Assembly (NCBI GenBank): GCA_043824255.1
Contig: JBDRTG010000027.1
Span: forward strand, 89,670-153,669
Source: a bacterium
GTDB taxonomy: Bacteria; JAHJDO01
Direction of reading: 5' to 3'
DNA length: 64,000 nucleotides
Shown here: positions 32,101-41,703 of the stretch, piece by piece
How positions within the stretch are numbered: the stretch's first letter is position 1
How the letters are laid out: each line of letters opens with the position of its first letter
Notes under the pieces: model-generated
What the model was told of the DNA's origin: nothing
What the model saw: only the letters and a program-made list of their open reading frames with translations
Database searches by the model: none
Program-made: the position numbers and the translations under genes

Positions 32101-32221
32101 CAGGGAAGGCCTCTTTCCTTATTTTATAGATGTATAAGGTATAGAAACCCGCAATCAGGATAAAAACTGAAATGAGATTAATTAAAAGAGAATGTTTTAC
32201 GGAAAATTCACTTATTTTCAT
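29114..32221 (-). CDS. RND efflux transporter permease (AcrB/AcrD/AcrF family)
   Basis: 1035 aa; YPGAPPEEIEKLVT.PIE, GMLVDDGIIVAEN proton-relay motif, GIVVNDSIVLVD, RLRPVLLTT.TT. Confidence 0.95.
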   Translation of the reverse strand: MKISEFSVKHSLLINLISVFILIAGFYTLYIYKIRKEAFPEVSMDAVVINTAYPGAPPEEIEKLVTVPIEKELKGVDGIEEIQSISDENVSTIMINISHDAKDKVVDDIQQAVDQVQDLPDDAEDPIVTEITTGEVPAIEIALSGDLPEAELRKYAENLEDILEDIPGVSSISKRGWRDEEVWVEVDPDKMKDFHVSVEEVMNALREKNISIPGGKLRGEKEFSIRTTGEFHKKQEIENVIIRANDLGNWLRIKDIASVRFSFKEEDVINKSFGTRSINLTVIKKSAGDTVKIVKIVKDKTADFIHRAGPKLKVSYINDISFYIERRLGVLRNNGIIGLVLVLCVLMLFLNYRVALLTALGIPIAFCVTLTIMGFTGLSVNLITMLGLIIVLGMLVDDGIIVAENCARHLETGLDPHQAAIIGTQEVVKPVTATIITTIVAFSPLMLIEGIIGKFILGIPIVVIIALSASLFEALVILPSHFADFVGIGKNKKYRSKKDLPWFKTLLKFYTGIINKALNRRYWVLAGVIVVLLLTFALSRIMPFILFGSEGIEQFFVRVEASSGTNLYTTNKLVEEIEEKVAQLPENELDAYTTQVGSSGNTWMFDPYGKSGPHVAQVVVYLTPNTERERSVEQIIEDLRHRTKDVKGFEKIYFEKPKEGPPVGKAVAIRIRGEDFAVLEKISDEIFPFLKNIEGVTDIASDYEVGRGEIRVVINEEQAARSYLSVKEIASAIRSAFKGGLATSIKPTKAEEEIDVIVRFPETSRSKKETFEKILIPNKFGNLIPLKKVARLEDRTSITRIRHLDGKRVITIHTDVDTKKITSSEANQLLAENFKYIPGKYPGYDIKYTGEQEENIKMVNSFVKAFGLAFFLIFLILAANFNSLIQPLIVMMAIPFGLIGVIWAFFFHQLPISFFMMMGIVGLNGIVVNDSIVLVDFINNLRRKGVTRRASIIQSGQLRLRPVLLTTITTALGLAPTAYGIWGDDPFLRPMALTIVWGIVCATLLTLIVLPCIYAIIDDITLKIAGHTTVKKDEE

Positions 32222-33681
32222 AACGCGTCTTTCCAGTATTTGTCAAGCAGTGTATTTTTTGCCAGATCCAGGTCAATAAGGCTGACCCTGTATTTAAATA
32301 ATGATGAGCTTAGATCCAGACTGGCTTGTAATAAATCTTCTTCATAACGAATAATAATATCCGAGCTTGAACGTCCATAACTAAGATGCTTCATTTCTTC
32401 TTTTAGTTTGTTTTCCTGCAATTTGCTAATGGAAGTAAGCAGTTCAATTCGATTCTTCAGACTGTTTACTTCTTTAACTTTGTTGTTGATCTCTTTTAAT
32501 ATTAGTCGTTCAGTCCGTTTAAGGAAAAGAAGAAGCTGTTCCTTGTTTAGTTTTGCCTTTTCAAGGCCTGCCTTTGCCGAGCGGTTTTCAATGGGTATTC
32601 TAAAGGTAATCCCCGTAAAAAACTCGTAGTTATTTTCGTCAGAAGTTTTATTCCACGAGTCTTGATAGTTTGAAGCCAGCCCGTTCTTCAGAAAACTGGC
32701 CTCCAGATCAATTTCAGGCCATAGAGCATTCTTTTTTATTTTTATATCTATATTTTGCGATTCTATTTTATTCTTTATAATCTTATAGTCCCTACGATGC
32801 AAGATTGCCTCCTTCAATATTGCATACACATTGACGCTGTGCAGAGTGGTAACCAGCGGGTCAAGAGGTTGCAGCTGAATGTGTGTATCTTCTTCGTTCA
32901 GCAGGAATAACAGGTTGTTTTTTGCAATTTCCTTCTCAAGATGAGCTATAAGCACTTCATTTTTTCTTGTGCGCATATTGGCTTCAATTGCGAACAAGTC
33001 TACTTTTTCAGTTGTTCCTCTTTCATAGTTTTCTTTGTATATGGAATATAGCTTTTCAGCTTCTTTGAGCATATCTGATTTTATATTGAGTTCTTTTTCT
33101 TTGAGAACAACATTCCAGTAAGCCGCCTGGGCTTTATAAAGAGCATTCTCGATTTCATCTAAAGAGGAATATTCTACATTGTCTATATTGATTTTTGTTA
33201 TCTTAATATTAGATCGGTCAGTTAGCCCAAAAAAGTTTTTCCCCAATGATTGATTGAGAGAAAATTTAATACTTGATTCATTATAGTTGTTTATTGCTGA
33301 AGAAGAGGAATTGGCATCAACTAATGAATGTTCTGCGTCTATTTTAATGCTCGATCCTGTTGGAAGCTTTTTCTCAAGTCCAAGTGAATATTCATTTGCA
33401 GCAGTTTTTGTTCTGGAGAGGGTTGTTGCGGTCTTTTTCTTATCATCCTCATAGCTTGCTTCTGAATTCACGAATGTATCAAAGATTGATTTTGCCTTTC
33501 CAAGAGATGTTCTTTCTTTATAGGCATCAATCCTTGCAATCTGGATATCCAGTGAATTTTCGAGCGCTAATCGAGTAACATCATCAATTGAAATTTGTTT
33601 CGGAGAAGACGCATTATCAGCGAACAGACTCCAGAGAGGCAGAAAGAAAAATATAAAGACAAAAACAATTCTATTTCTCAT
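32218..33681 (-). CDS. TolC family outer membrane efflux protein
   Basis: Signal peptide, ALENSLDI, AYWNVV, WPEIDLEAS, repeated OEP pattern; upstream of RND gene. Confidence 0.88.
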   Translation of the reverse strand: MRNRIVFVFIFFFLPLWSLFADNASSPKQISIDDVTRLALENSLDIQIARIDAYKERTSLGKAKSIFDTFVNSEASYEDDKKKTATTLSRTKTAANEYSLGLEKKLPTGSSIKIDAEHSLVDANSSSSAINNYNESSIKFSLNQSLGKNFFGLTDRSNIKITKINIDNVEYSSLDEIENALYKAQAAYWNVVLKEKELNIKSDMLKEAEKLYSIYKENYERGTTEKVDLFAIEANMRTRKNEVLIAHLEKEIAKNNLLFLLNEEDTHIQLQPLDPLVTTLHSVNVYAILKEAILHRRDYKIIKNKIESQNIDIKIKKNALWPEIDLEASFLKNGLASNYQDSWNKTSDENNYEFFTGITFRIPIENRSAKAGLEKAKLNKEQLLLFLKRTERLILKEINNKVKEVNSLKNRIELLTSISKLQENKLKEEMKHLSYGRSSSDIIIRYEEDLLQASLDLSSSLFKYRVSLIDLDLAKNTLLDKYWKDAL

Positions 33682-34117
33682 GATTCAAGATACCTTTTAG
33701 TTTTTTCAAAATGCTTAGATAGCTGTTTCGTTCGCTTTCTGTCAGGTTAACAAAGACTTCCTGTGTTGCTTTTTGTTGTTGTGAACTTACCTGTTTAATA
33801 GTTTTTTCCCCTCTGGCAGTTAATCCAATGTGTATTACACGCCTGTCATTCTTATCATAAATTCGTTTAATCATTTTTATGAGGTGTAATCTGCTGACCA
33901 ATCCTGTTGCTGCAGGAAGGCTAATGTTTAATTCTCTGGCGATATCTTTCATCTTCAGCAGTTCATGTGTGTTTAATAGGTCAAGTAAAAGATACTGGGG
34001 GACAGTTATTTTGCCGCGCCCTAAGGCATCAGACTGTTTTTTTAGCATTCCTCTAATTACGTGTGGTAGTAATCGTGACATTTTGCTTGAGAATAATGTA
34101 AGAGAATGCTTTGCCAT
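33671..34117 (-). CDS. MarR family transcriptional regulator
   Basis: ITVPQY.LL..L, MKDIARELNISLPAATGLVSRL, DRRVIHIGLT.RG; likely start MAKH at 34117 after GGGGG RBS. Confidence 0.92.
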   Translation of the reverse strand: MAKHSLTLFSSKMSRLLPHVIRGMLKKQSDALGRGKITVPQYLLLDLLNTHELLKMKDIARELNISLPAATGLVSRLHLIKMIKRIYDKNDRRVIHIGLTARGEKTIKQVSSQQQKATQEVFVNLTESERNSYLSILKKLKGILNHEK

Positions 34118-34131
34118 TGTTAATACCCCCA

Positions 34132-34159
34132 ATAGTTAATGTAAGAAATACTTAACTAT
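34132..34159. promoter_or_regulatory. Inverted repeat, probable MarR operator
   Basis: ATAGTTAA-N12-TTAACTAT immediately upstream of the marR RBS. Confidence 0.55.
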
Positions 34160-34274
34160 GTGAACTATATCGCAAAGGCATAACATCTGTCAACAAAAAA
34201 ATCGCACATTAAAACATCCCCCTGATTTCGCCCTTTTTTCTTTATGATTTGGGGATAGTGGGGTATAATAGGGG

Positions 34275-34376
34275 AAGCAAGCCAAAGTCCGCAAGTACGA
34301 AAAACAAATTGACTCGATGGTCTATAAGTTGTATGGATTGACTGAGGAAGAAATTGCTTTAGTTGAGGCAGTATGA
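34275..34376 (+). pseudogene. C-terminal remnant of a type IIG/Eco57I-like restriction-modification enzyme
   Basis: Translates KQAKVRKYEKQIDSMVYKLYGLTEEEIALVEAV*, matching the ID.LVY.LYGLT.EEI..VE tail of these enzymes; frame closed by TAG at 34269-71. Confidence 0.7.
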
Positions 34377-34438
34377 AAAATAGGAAAGAGGTAAAAAAAG
34401 TTAGAAATATTAGAGATAGGTTAAATAAAATTTGAACT

Positions 34439-35077
34439 GTGAGTAAACCCCATTCCTCAAAGATATACATACGACACAAGGAAAAGATACTTGATTTCTT
34501 GTGGGCAAATGTTTGTTCTGATGGCTCAGTTATCATCGGTTTTTCAGAGCCAGGGGCAGAAGAAATTCTATTCGTTGTAGATGAGAAGCTAGGGGAACTA
34601 AGACCAAGAGATTTCAAAGTTTGTAGAGCACCAGGCAATTCAAAAGTTACTTTCCATCCGAGTGGCATTTACAAATTAACAACCTATATAGGACTCACAC
34701 ATGAATCTATGGATCGATGTACTATTATAGGAACACCTTTTAAACAAATCACAAAACCTACAAGGATGGTGGAAGTTTTACTCTCAAAACGTCTTCATAT
34801 AACAGAAAAGAAATTATCCAAACGTGATATCATTTTAGATACATCGGAGTTTCCTCAAAAACCTCTTTGTTGTACCATATCCTGTATGCCTGCAGATAAA
34901 TATCACGAAACTATGAAGTTTGTTAATACTTCCGAATGTGAGTATACTAACGCACTAGAACATGGAGGGTTAGTCTGGTCTTTTACGTTGCGAGTATCTC
35001 GTAATGTTAACTATGCAGATAACCAACATACATTTTTCATATATGGAAAAATCAGGTGGGGACAAAAAGAGAAATAA
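34439..35077 (+). CDS. Hypothetical protein (no family recognised)
   Basis: 212-codon ORF filling the gap between the R-M remnant and the palindrome cluster. Confidence 0.55.
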   Translation: MSKPHSSKIYIRHKEKILDFLWANVCSDGSVIIGFSEPGAEEILFVVDEKLGELRPRDFKVCRAPGNSKVTFHPSGIYKLTTYIGLTHESMDRCTIIGTPFKQITKPTRMVEVLLSKRLHITEKKLSKRDIILDTSEFPQKPLCCTISCMPADKYHETMKFVNTSECEYTNALEHGGLVWSFTLRVSRNVNYADNQHTFFIYGKIRWGQKEK

Positions 35078-35110
35078 TAACAAAAGAACATGACACAAAT
35101 CTTTAACCGT

Positions 35111-35230
35111 CCGGATTCCCCAATCAATTCGTGGAATGACAAACGGGCAGCTGCAAGGGCTGCCCCTACAATAACCGCCAGCTAAAGCAGGCGGTTGCGG
35201 GGGCGAAACTGTCCCCCTTCAAAGGGGGAT
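35111..35230. repeat. Cluster of four different REP-like palindromes
   Basis: GGATTCCCCAATCAATTCGTGGAATGACA; GGGCAGCTGCAAGGGCTGCCCCTAC; AACCGCCAGCTAAAGCAGGCGGTT; TCCCCCTTCAAAGGGGGA. Confidence 0.7.
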
Positions 35231-35250
35231 GTAAAAAGTCCACTTTCCAA

Positions 35251-35279
35251 TTGACAAAGGTTGTATAATTGAATAAAAT
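35251..35279 (+). promoter_or_regulatory. sigma70-type promoter of the aminotransferase-serA-thrB operon
   Basis: TTGACA (35251-56), 17 nt, TAAAAT (35274-79). Confidence 0.65.
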
Positions 35280-35333
35280 TCAGGTGCTTTTCTGATAGAT
35301 TGTAGGTCGAAAAACTAACATAAAGGTGAAAAA

Positions 35334-36467
35334 ATGAGAAAAAATTATCTTCTAACTCCAGGCCCGACTTCTGTGCCTTCTGATGTTCTGCTGGATCTGG
35401 CTAGGCCTATTGTGCATCATAGAACCCCTCAATTTGCTGAGATATTTCGTTCTGTTAGTGAAGGGCTGAAATATGTTTTTCAGACAAAAAACGATGTTCT
35501 CATATTTGCTTCATCAGGTACAGGAGCTATGGAAGCCAGTGTTGTTAATCTTCTATCTCCCGGAGATAAAGTGCTGACAATTAGAGGTGGTAAGTTTGGA
35601 GAAAGATGGGATGAAATATGTAGGGCATGCAACATAGAAACTTTCCCAATAGATGTTGAATGGGGTAAGCCTGTTAATCCTGAGGATGTAAGGAGCATTT
35701 TAAAAAGAGAAAAGGGAATAAAGGCTGTTTTTGCCACATTGATAGAAACATCAACAGGTATTATGCATGATGTCAAGGCATTAGGCAGTATTGTCAAAGA
35801 ATTTCCTGCTGTTTTAGTGGTAGACGCTGTCAGCGGGCTTGGAGCGGTTGATATACAGACTGATAATTGGAATGTGGATGTGGTAGTTGCCGGTTCTCAA
35901 AAGGCGTTAATGCTGCCTCCTGGATTGGCGTTTGCAAGCGTAAGCAATAAAGCATGGGATTTGGTAGAAAGTTCTAAATGTCCTAAGTACTATTGGAGTT
36001 TTGCAAAGGCAAGAAAATCATTAGAAACTAATCAGACGCCATATACCCCTGCTGTGTCACTAATAGTTGGTTTAAGTAAGTCTTTGGAGATGATAAAAGA
36101 GGAAGGACTTGAGAATGTGCTTGCAAGGCATAGCAAACTGGCTAAAGCTACGCGAGCTGCAATAAAGGCTATGGGACTTGAGCTTTTGGCTCCGGAGGCT
36201 CCATCAGACGCAGTAACGGCTGTTAAGGTTCCACAGGGAGTAGATGGTGTGGATTTAGTAAAGAGCTTAAAGAAGAAATATGATGTTATGATTACCGGTG
36301 GACAAGAGCAACTTAAGGGAAGGATAATAAGAATTGCTCATATGGGTTATTCCGATACATTTGATATTATTACAGTAATTTCAGCCCTTGAAATGGCTCT
36401 GGTAGATTCCGGATATAATCTTGAACTTGGTAAAGGTATAAAAGCTGCAGAGGAGGTTCTAAAGTGA
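35334..36467 (+). CDS. Class V PLP aminotransferase (alanine-glyoxylate/serine-pyruvate family; probable phosphoserine aminotransferase substitute)
   Basis: LLTPGPT, HHRT, SSGTGAMEA, VVDAVSG, GSQKALMLPPGL; coupled to serA. Confidence 0.9.
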   Translation: MRKNYLLTPGPTSVPSDVLLDLARPIVHHRTPQFAEIFRSVSEGLKYVFQTKNDVLIFASSGTGAMEASVVNLLSPGDKVLTIRGGKFGERWDEICRACNIETFPIDVEWGKPVNPEDVRSILKREKGIKAVFATLIETSTGIMHDVKALGSIVKEFPAVLVVDAVSGLGAVDIQTDNWNVDVVVAGSQKALMLPPGLAFASVSNKAWDLVESSKCPKYYWSFAKARKSLETNQTPYTPAVSLIVGLSKSLEMIKEEGLENVLARHSKLAKATRAAIKAMGLELLAPEAPSDAVTAVKVPQGVDGVDLVKSLKKKYDVMITGGQEQLKGRIIRIAHMGYSDTFDIITVISALEMALVDSGYNLELGKGIKAAEEVLK

Positions 36468-38044
36468 AGATATTAGTAAGTGATTCCTTAGCAAAAGAGG
36501 GAATAGAAATTCTTAAGAATAGTAAGATAGGTGTTGATGTAAAAACAGATATGTCTCCTGAAGAGCTCAAAAGTTGCATCGGAGATTATGAAGGCTTGGT
36601 TATAAGAAGTAAAACCAAGGTTACAAAGGATATAATTGAATCTGCAAAAAAGTTAAAAGTAATTGGCAGGGCTGGGGTTGGCGTGGATAACATAGATATA
36701 CCTGCAGCTACGGAACGCGGTATAGTTGTTATGAATACCCCTGGAGGCAATACTATTTCAGCGGCGGAACATACACTAAGCATGCTTCTGGCTCTTTCCC
36801 GCAATATTCCTCAGGCAAACCAATCGTTAAAGAATGGTCTCTGGGATAAAAAGAAATTTATTGGAACAGAGGTGTATGGCAAGGTGTTGGGTATAATTGG
36901 GTTAGGGAAGATTGGCACAGAGGTTGCTGACCGTGCTCAGGCATTTGGAATGCGTATTATAGCATATGATCCATTTATCCCTGTTGAAAAGGCAGATAAA
37001 CTTGGCATAAGACTTGAGACTTTTGAGAATGTTTTTAAAAAGGCAGATTATATAACAGTTCACCTTCCTCTGACGTCTGATACAAAGCATATAATAAATG
37101 ATAAAGAGTTTGGTTTGATGAAACAGGGTGCAAGGATTATCAATTGTGCGCGTGGAGGCATAATAGAGGAGAATGCCCTATGTAGAGCTGTAAAGTCAGG
37201 AAAACTTGCAGGAGCAGCTGTGGATGTTTTTGAGAGAGAACCTTTGCCAGCAGACAGTCCTCTTTTGTTATATGAGAATATCATAGTTACGCCACATTTA
37301 GCTGCTTCTACCGAAGAGGCTCAGATTAATGTTGCTCAAGACATTGCGCATCAGATAACAGATGCATTGCAAAATGAGAATTATTCTAATGCTGTCAATA
37401 TTCCGAGTATAGATCCTAAGGTGTTCAAAGAGATAAAGCCATATTTTAATCTGGCAGAACGGTTGGGGAAGTTGCAGCGGCAGCTGGTTGATGGGCATAT
37501 AAAGGTCCTAAGAATAGAGTATAGCGGAGATGTTACAAACTATAATGTGACTCCTATAACAGTAGCTATAATAAAAGGTTTGCTGGAGCCTGTGCTTAAC
37601 AAGGCGGTTAATTATGTGAATGCATCTTTTATTGCGAGAGAGAGAGGAATAAAAGTTGTAGAGAGTAAGACTAGTAAGGCAGAGGATTTCGCAAATTTAA
37701 TCACTATATACACACAAACTAATTCTGGAGAATCTTCAATAGCGGGAACTCTGTTTAGGGAAAATGATCCAAGGATTGTACGCATAAATGATTATCATGT
37801 TGATGCAGTTCCTGATGGGTTTATGCTTGTGTGTATAAATAAAGATATGCCTGGAATAATGGGGAATATGGGAACAATACTTGGCAAGCATAATGTCAAT
37901 ATTGCAAGCATGACACTTGGTAGGAAAAAGCAAGGGGAGCAGGCGGTGACTGTATTTAACCTGGATAATGAGCCTCCCAGAGAAACGCTAGGTGAAATCG
38001 AGAAACTAAAAGAGATAATATCAGTCAAGTTAGTAAGGTTTTGA
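36464..38044 (+). CDS. serA: D-3-phosphoglycerate dehydrogenase (long form with ASB and ACT domains)
   Basis: GRAGVGVDNID, GIIGLGKIG, INCARGG, TPHLAASTEEAQ, NKDMPGIMG. Confidence 0.96.
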   Translation: MKILVSDSLAKEGIEILKNSKIGVDVKTDMSPEELKSCIGDYEGLVIRSKTKVTKDIIESAKKLKVIGRAGVGVDNIDIPAATERGIVVMNTPGGNTISAAEHTLSMLLALSRNIPQANQSLKNGLWDKKKFIGTEVYGKVLGIIGLGKIGTEVADRAQAFGMRIIAYDPFIPVEKADKLGIRLETFENVFKKADYITVHLPLTSDTKHIINDKEFGLMKQGARIINCARGGIIEENALCRAVKSGKLAGAAVDVFEREPLPADSPLLLYENIIVTPHLAASTEEAQINVAQDIAHQITDALQNENYSNAVNIPSIDPKVFKEIKPYFNLAERLGKLQRQLVDGHIKVLRIEYSGDVTNYNVTPITVAIIKGLLEPVLNKAVNYVNASFIARERGIKVVESKTSKAEDFANLITIYTQTNSGESSIAGTLFRENDPRIVRINDYHVDAVPDGFMLVCINKDMPGIMGNMGTILGKHNVNIASMTLGRKKQGEQAVTVFNLDNEPPRETLGEIEKLKEIISVKLVRF

Positions 38045-38979
38045 ATGTGAAGTCAGTAACAATAAAAGTTCCGGCAACAACAGCAAATCTCGGGTCAGGT
38101 TTTGATACGCTTGCTTTGGCTCTGGATCTGTATAATTATGTTACAATTGAATTAAATACAAAGACGCATATAGAGATTGAGAATGAAGGAAGAAATAGTT
38201 TGCCTCTTAATGAAGAGAACATAGTATATATTGCTGCAAAGGCTGTTTTTGATATGGCTGAGGTCAAGATGGATGGATTGAAAATAAAGTTGGTTAATAA
38301 TATTCCATTGGCCAGGGGATTAGGAAGTAGCGCAGCAGCACGTGTAGGAGGAGCAATAGGAGCAAATTATTTGCTTGGAAACAGGTTTAGCAAGGATGAA
38401 ATTATGTCTATAACTGCAGAGCTTGAAGGCCATCCTGATAATGTAACCCCGGCTCTTTTTGGAGGTTTTACGATTTCTTATATTGATAAAGGAGAATTAA
38501 AGTATTTCAAGATTAGTCCAAGTGTTGAGTTTAAAATAGTAGTGGTTATTCCGCAGTTTGAGGTATCAACATCCAGGGCGCGTAAAATACTGCCTTCGAA
38601 AATTCCCAGAAAAGAAGCTGTGTTCAATATAAGCCGAGCATGTTTGTTAGTCAGCTCTATTCTAACCGGACAGCTTGAATATATTGGTGCCGGCATGCAG
38701 GATATGCTGCATCAGCCTTACAGAAAAAAACTAGTTCCTGGTATGGAGGATGTTTTTGAAGCTGCTATGAAAAATGGTGCCAGAGGCGTGGCTTTAAGTG
38801 GAGCAGGTTCTTCAATAGCTGCTTTTGCAACAGAAAGATTTGAGGCAATAGGAAAGTCCATGCAAGGAGCTTTTTTGAAGCACAATATAGAGAGCAGATT
38901 TCTTGTAACAGAAATCAATAATAATGGAACGGAAATTATAGAGTGCAAAGGAAAGAGATATGGAACAGAAGAAGAATAA
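38041..38979 (+). CDS. thrB: Homoserine kinase
   Basis: VPATTANLGSGFD, IPLARGLGSSAAA, EGHPDNV, HQPYR, LSGAGSS. Confidence 0.96.
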   Translation: MNVKSVTIKVPATTANLGSGFDTLALALDLYNYVTIELNTKTHIEIENEGRNSLPLNEENIVYIAAKAVFDMAEVKMDGLKIKLVNNIPLARGLGSSAAARVGGAIGANYLLGNRFSKDEIMSITAELEGHPDNVTPALFGGFTISYIDKGELKYFKISPSVEFKIVVVIPQFEVSTSRARKILPSKIPRKEAVFNISRACLLVSSILTGQLEYIGAGMQDMLHQPYRKKLVPGMEDVFEAAMKNGARGVALSGAGSSIAAFATERFEAIGKSMQGAFLKHNIESRFLVTEINNNGTEIIECKGKRYGTEEE

Positions 38980-40222
38980 AATTTATATAATTGATGTTAC
39001 AAATCGAGATGGTGTGCAAACAGCGAAACTTGGTCTGGCAAAGCTGGAAAAAACAATGATAAATATTATGCTCAATGACATGGGTATATATCAGAGTGAG
39101 TTTGGATTTCCTCTTACAAAACACGAAACTAATTATATTAATGCTAATCTTGAACTTGCAGATCTGGGGCTCCTTTCTCCTATAATTCTTGAAGGCTGGA
39201 GCAGAGCAATGGCAGAGGATATTGAAGAGTCTTACAAGAATACTAATGTTAAGCATTGGAATCTGTCTATTTCAACATCCAAGCAGATGATAGATGGAAA
39301 ATTTAGAGGGGGCATAACAAGGGATTTTGAGAGTAAAGATAAACCAAGTGTTTTAGGCCTTATGGCAGATGCCGTAAAAACGGCAAAGAAGCATGGAGCC
39401 TTGACAATTGGTGTTAATGCAGAGGATGCATCAAGGACGGATATGGAGTTTCTCATTAAGTTTGCAAAATATGCCAGAGAGCACGGAGCAGACAGAATTC
39501 GCTATTGTGACACATTGGGTTATGATGACCCTTTCTCAATTTATGGGAGAGTAAAAACACTTGCGGATGAAATAAAAATACCGATAGAAATTCATTGTCA
39601 TAATGATTTAGGGCTTGCAGTAGCATGTTCTATAGCTGGAGCTAAAGGTGCGATAGACGGAGGAGTAGATGCATACATAAATACCACACTTAATGGTATG
39701 GGAGAAAGAGCAGGGAACGCAGATATGGTGTCAACTATTCTTGCTATTAAAAAGTCTGCAGGATTTGAGGGAAACTATAAATTGGACGATAGGATTAAGT
39801 TAAAGAAAGCATGGAAAATAGCGAAGTATGCATCTTATGCATTTGGAGTTCCAATACCTGTAAATCAGGTTGCTGTTGGAGAGAATGCCTTTGCGCATGA
39901 ATCAGGAATACACGCAGACGGCGCTCTCAAGGATAGAAGAAATTACGAATTGTATGATTTTGAGGAACTGGGCAGAGGGGAGCCTGAGGTAATAGATACG
40001 GGCAGAAAGATAACAGCAGGGGAGTATAGCGGAGTAAAGGGCTTTAGAAACGTGTATGGAAAACTGGAAATAGAGTTCAAAGATGATAAAGAAGCTGCTA
40101 GAGTTCTTGATCTTGTTAGATATGCCAATGTGCATACACAAAAGCCTCTTACTAATGATGAATTGAAGTTCATTGCGCATTATCCAAAGCAAGCAAAACA
40201 AATAATGACAGTAACACCATGA
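38960..40222 (+). CDS. DRE-TIM metallolyase, homocitrate-synthase-like; probable Re-citrate synthase
   Basis: IDVTNRDGVQT, NAEDASRT, YCDTLG, HCHNDLG, GERAGNAD, FAHESGIHADG; resembles the Dehalococcoides Re-citrate synthase as I recall it. Confidence 0.75.
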   Translation: MEQKKNKIYIIDVTNRDGVQTAKLGLAKLEKTMINIMLNDMGIYQSEFGFPLTKHETNYINANLELADLGLLSPIILEGWSRAMAEDIEESYKNTNVKHWNLSISTSKQMIDGKFRGGITRDFESKDKPSVLGLMADAVKTAKKHGALTIGVNAEDASRTDMEFLIKFAKYAREHGADRIRYCDTLGYDDPFSIYGRVKTLADEIKIPIEIHCHNDLGLAVACSIAGAKGAIDGGVDAYINTTLNGMGERAGNADMVSTILAIKKSAGFEGNYKLDDRIKLKKAWKIAKYASYAFGVPIPVNQVAVGENAFAHESGIHADGALKDRRNYELYDFEELGRGEPEVIDTGRKITAGEYSGVKGFRNVYGKLEIEFKDDKEAARVLDLVRYANVHTQKPLTNDELKFIAHYPKQAKQIMTVTP

Positions 40223-41524
<1,302 letters not shown>

Positions 41525-41545
41525 ATTAGTATAATCGACATTTTT

Positions 41546-41622
41546 GGGTCGCTAGCTCATCTGGTTAGAGCACCGGCCTTTTAAGCCGGGTGTGGAGAGT
41601 TCGAGTCTCTCGCGACCTACCA
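41546..41622 (+). tRNA. tRNA-Lys(TTT)
   Basis: GGGTCGC/GCGACCT acceptor stem, CCGGC-CTTTTAA-GCCGG anticodon arm, TTCGAGT T-loop, encoded CCA. Confidence 0.95.
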
Positions 41623-41703
41623 ATCCGAAAAAATCGATTATACTTGAAAGTTTCTGTCTGATTTGATATCTTGCCAACTTAAAGGTAAATTTTACGATTG
41701 CTT

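Noticed and set aside
34165..34668. 167-aa minus-strand ORF
   Set aside because: Overlaps the R-M remnant and the 212-aa + strand ORF; no motif; likely a shadow
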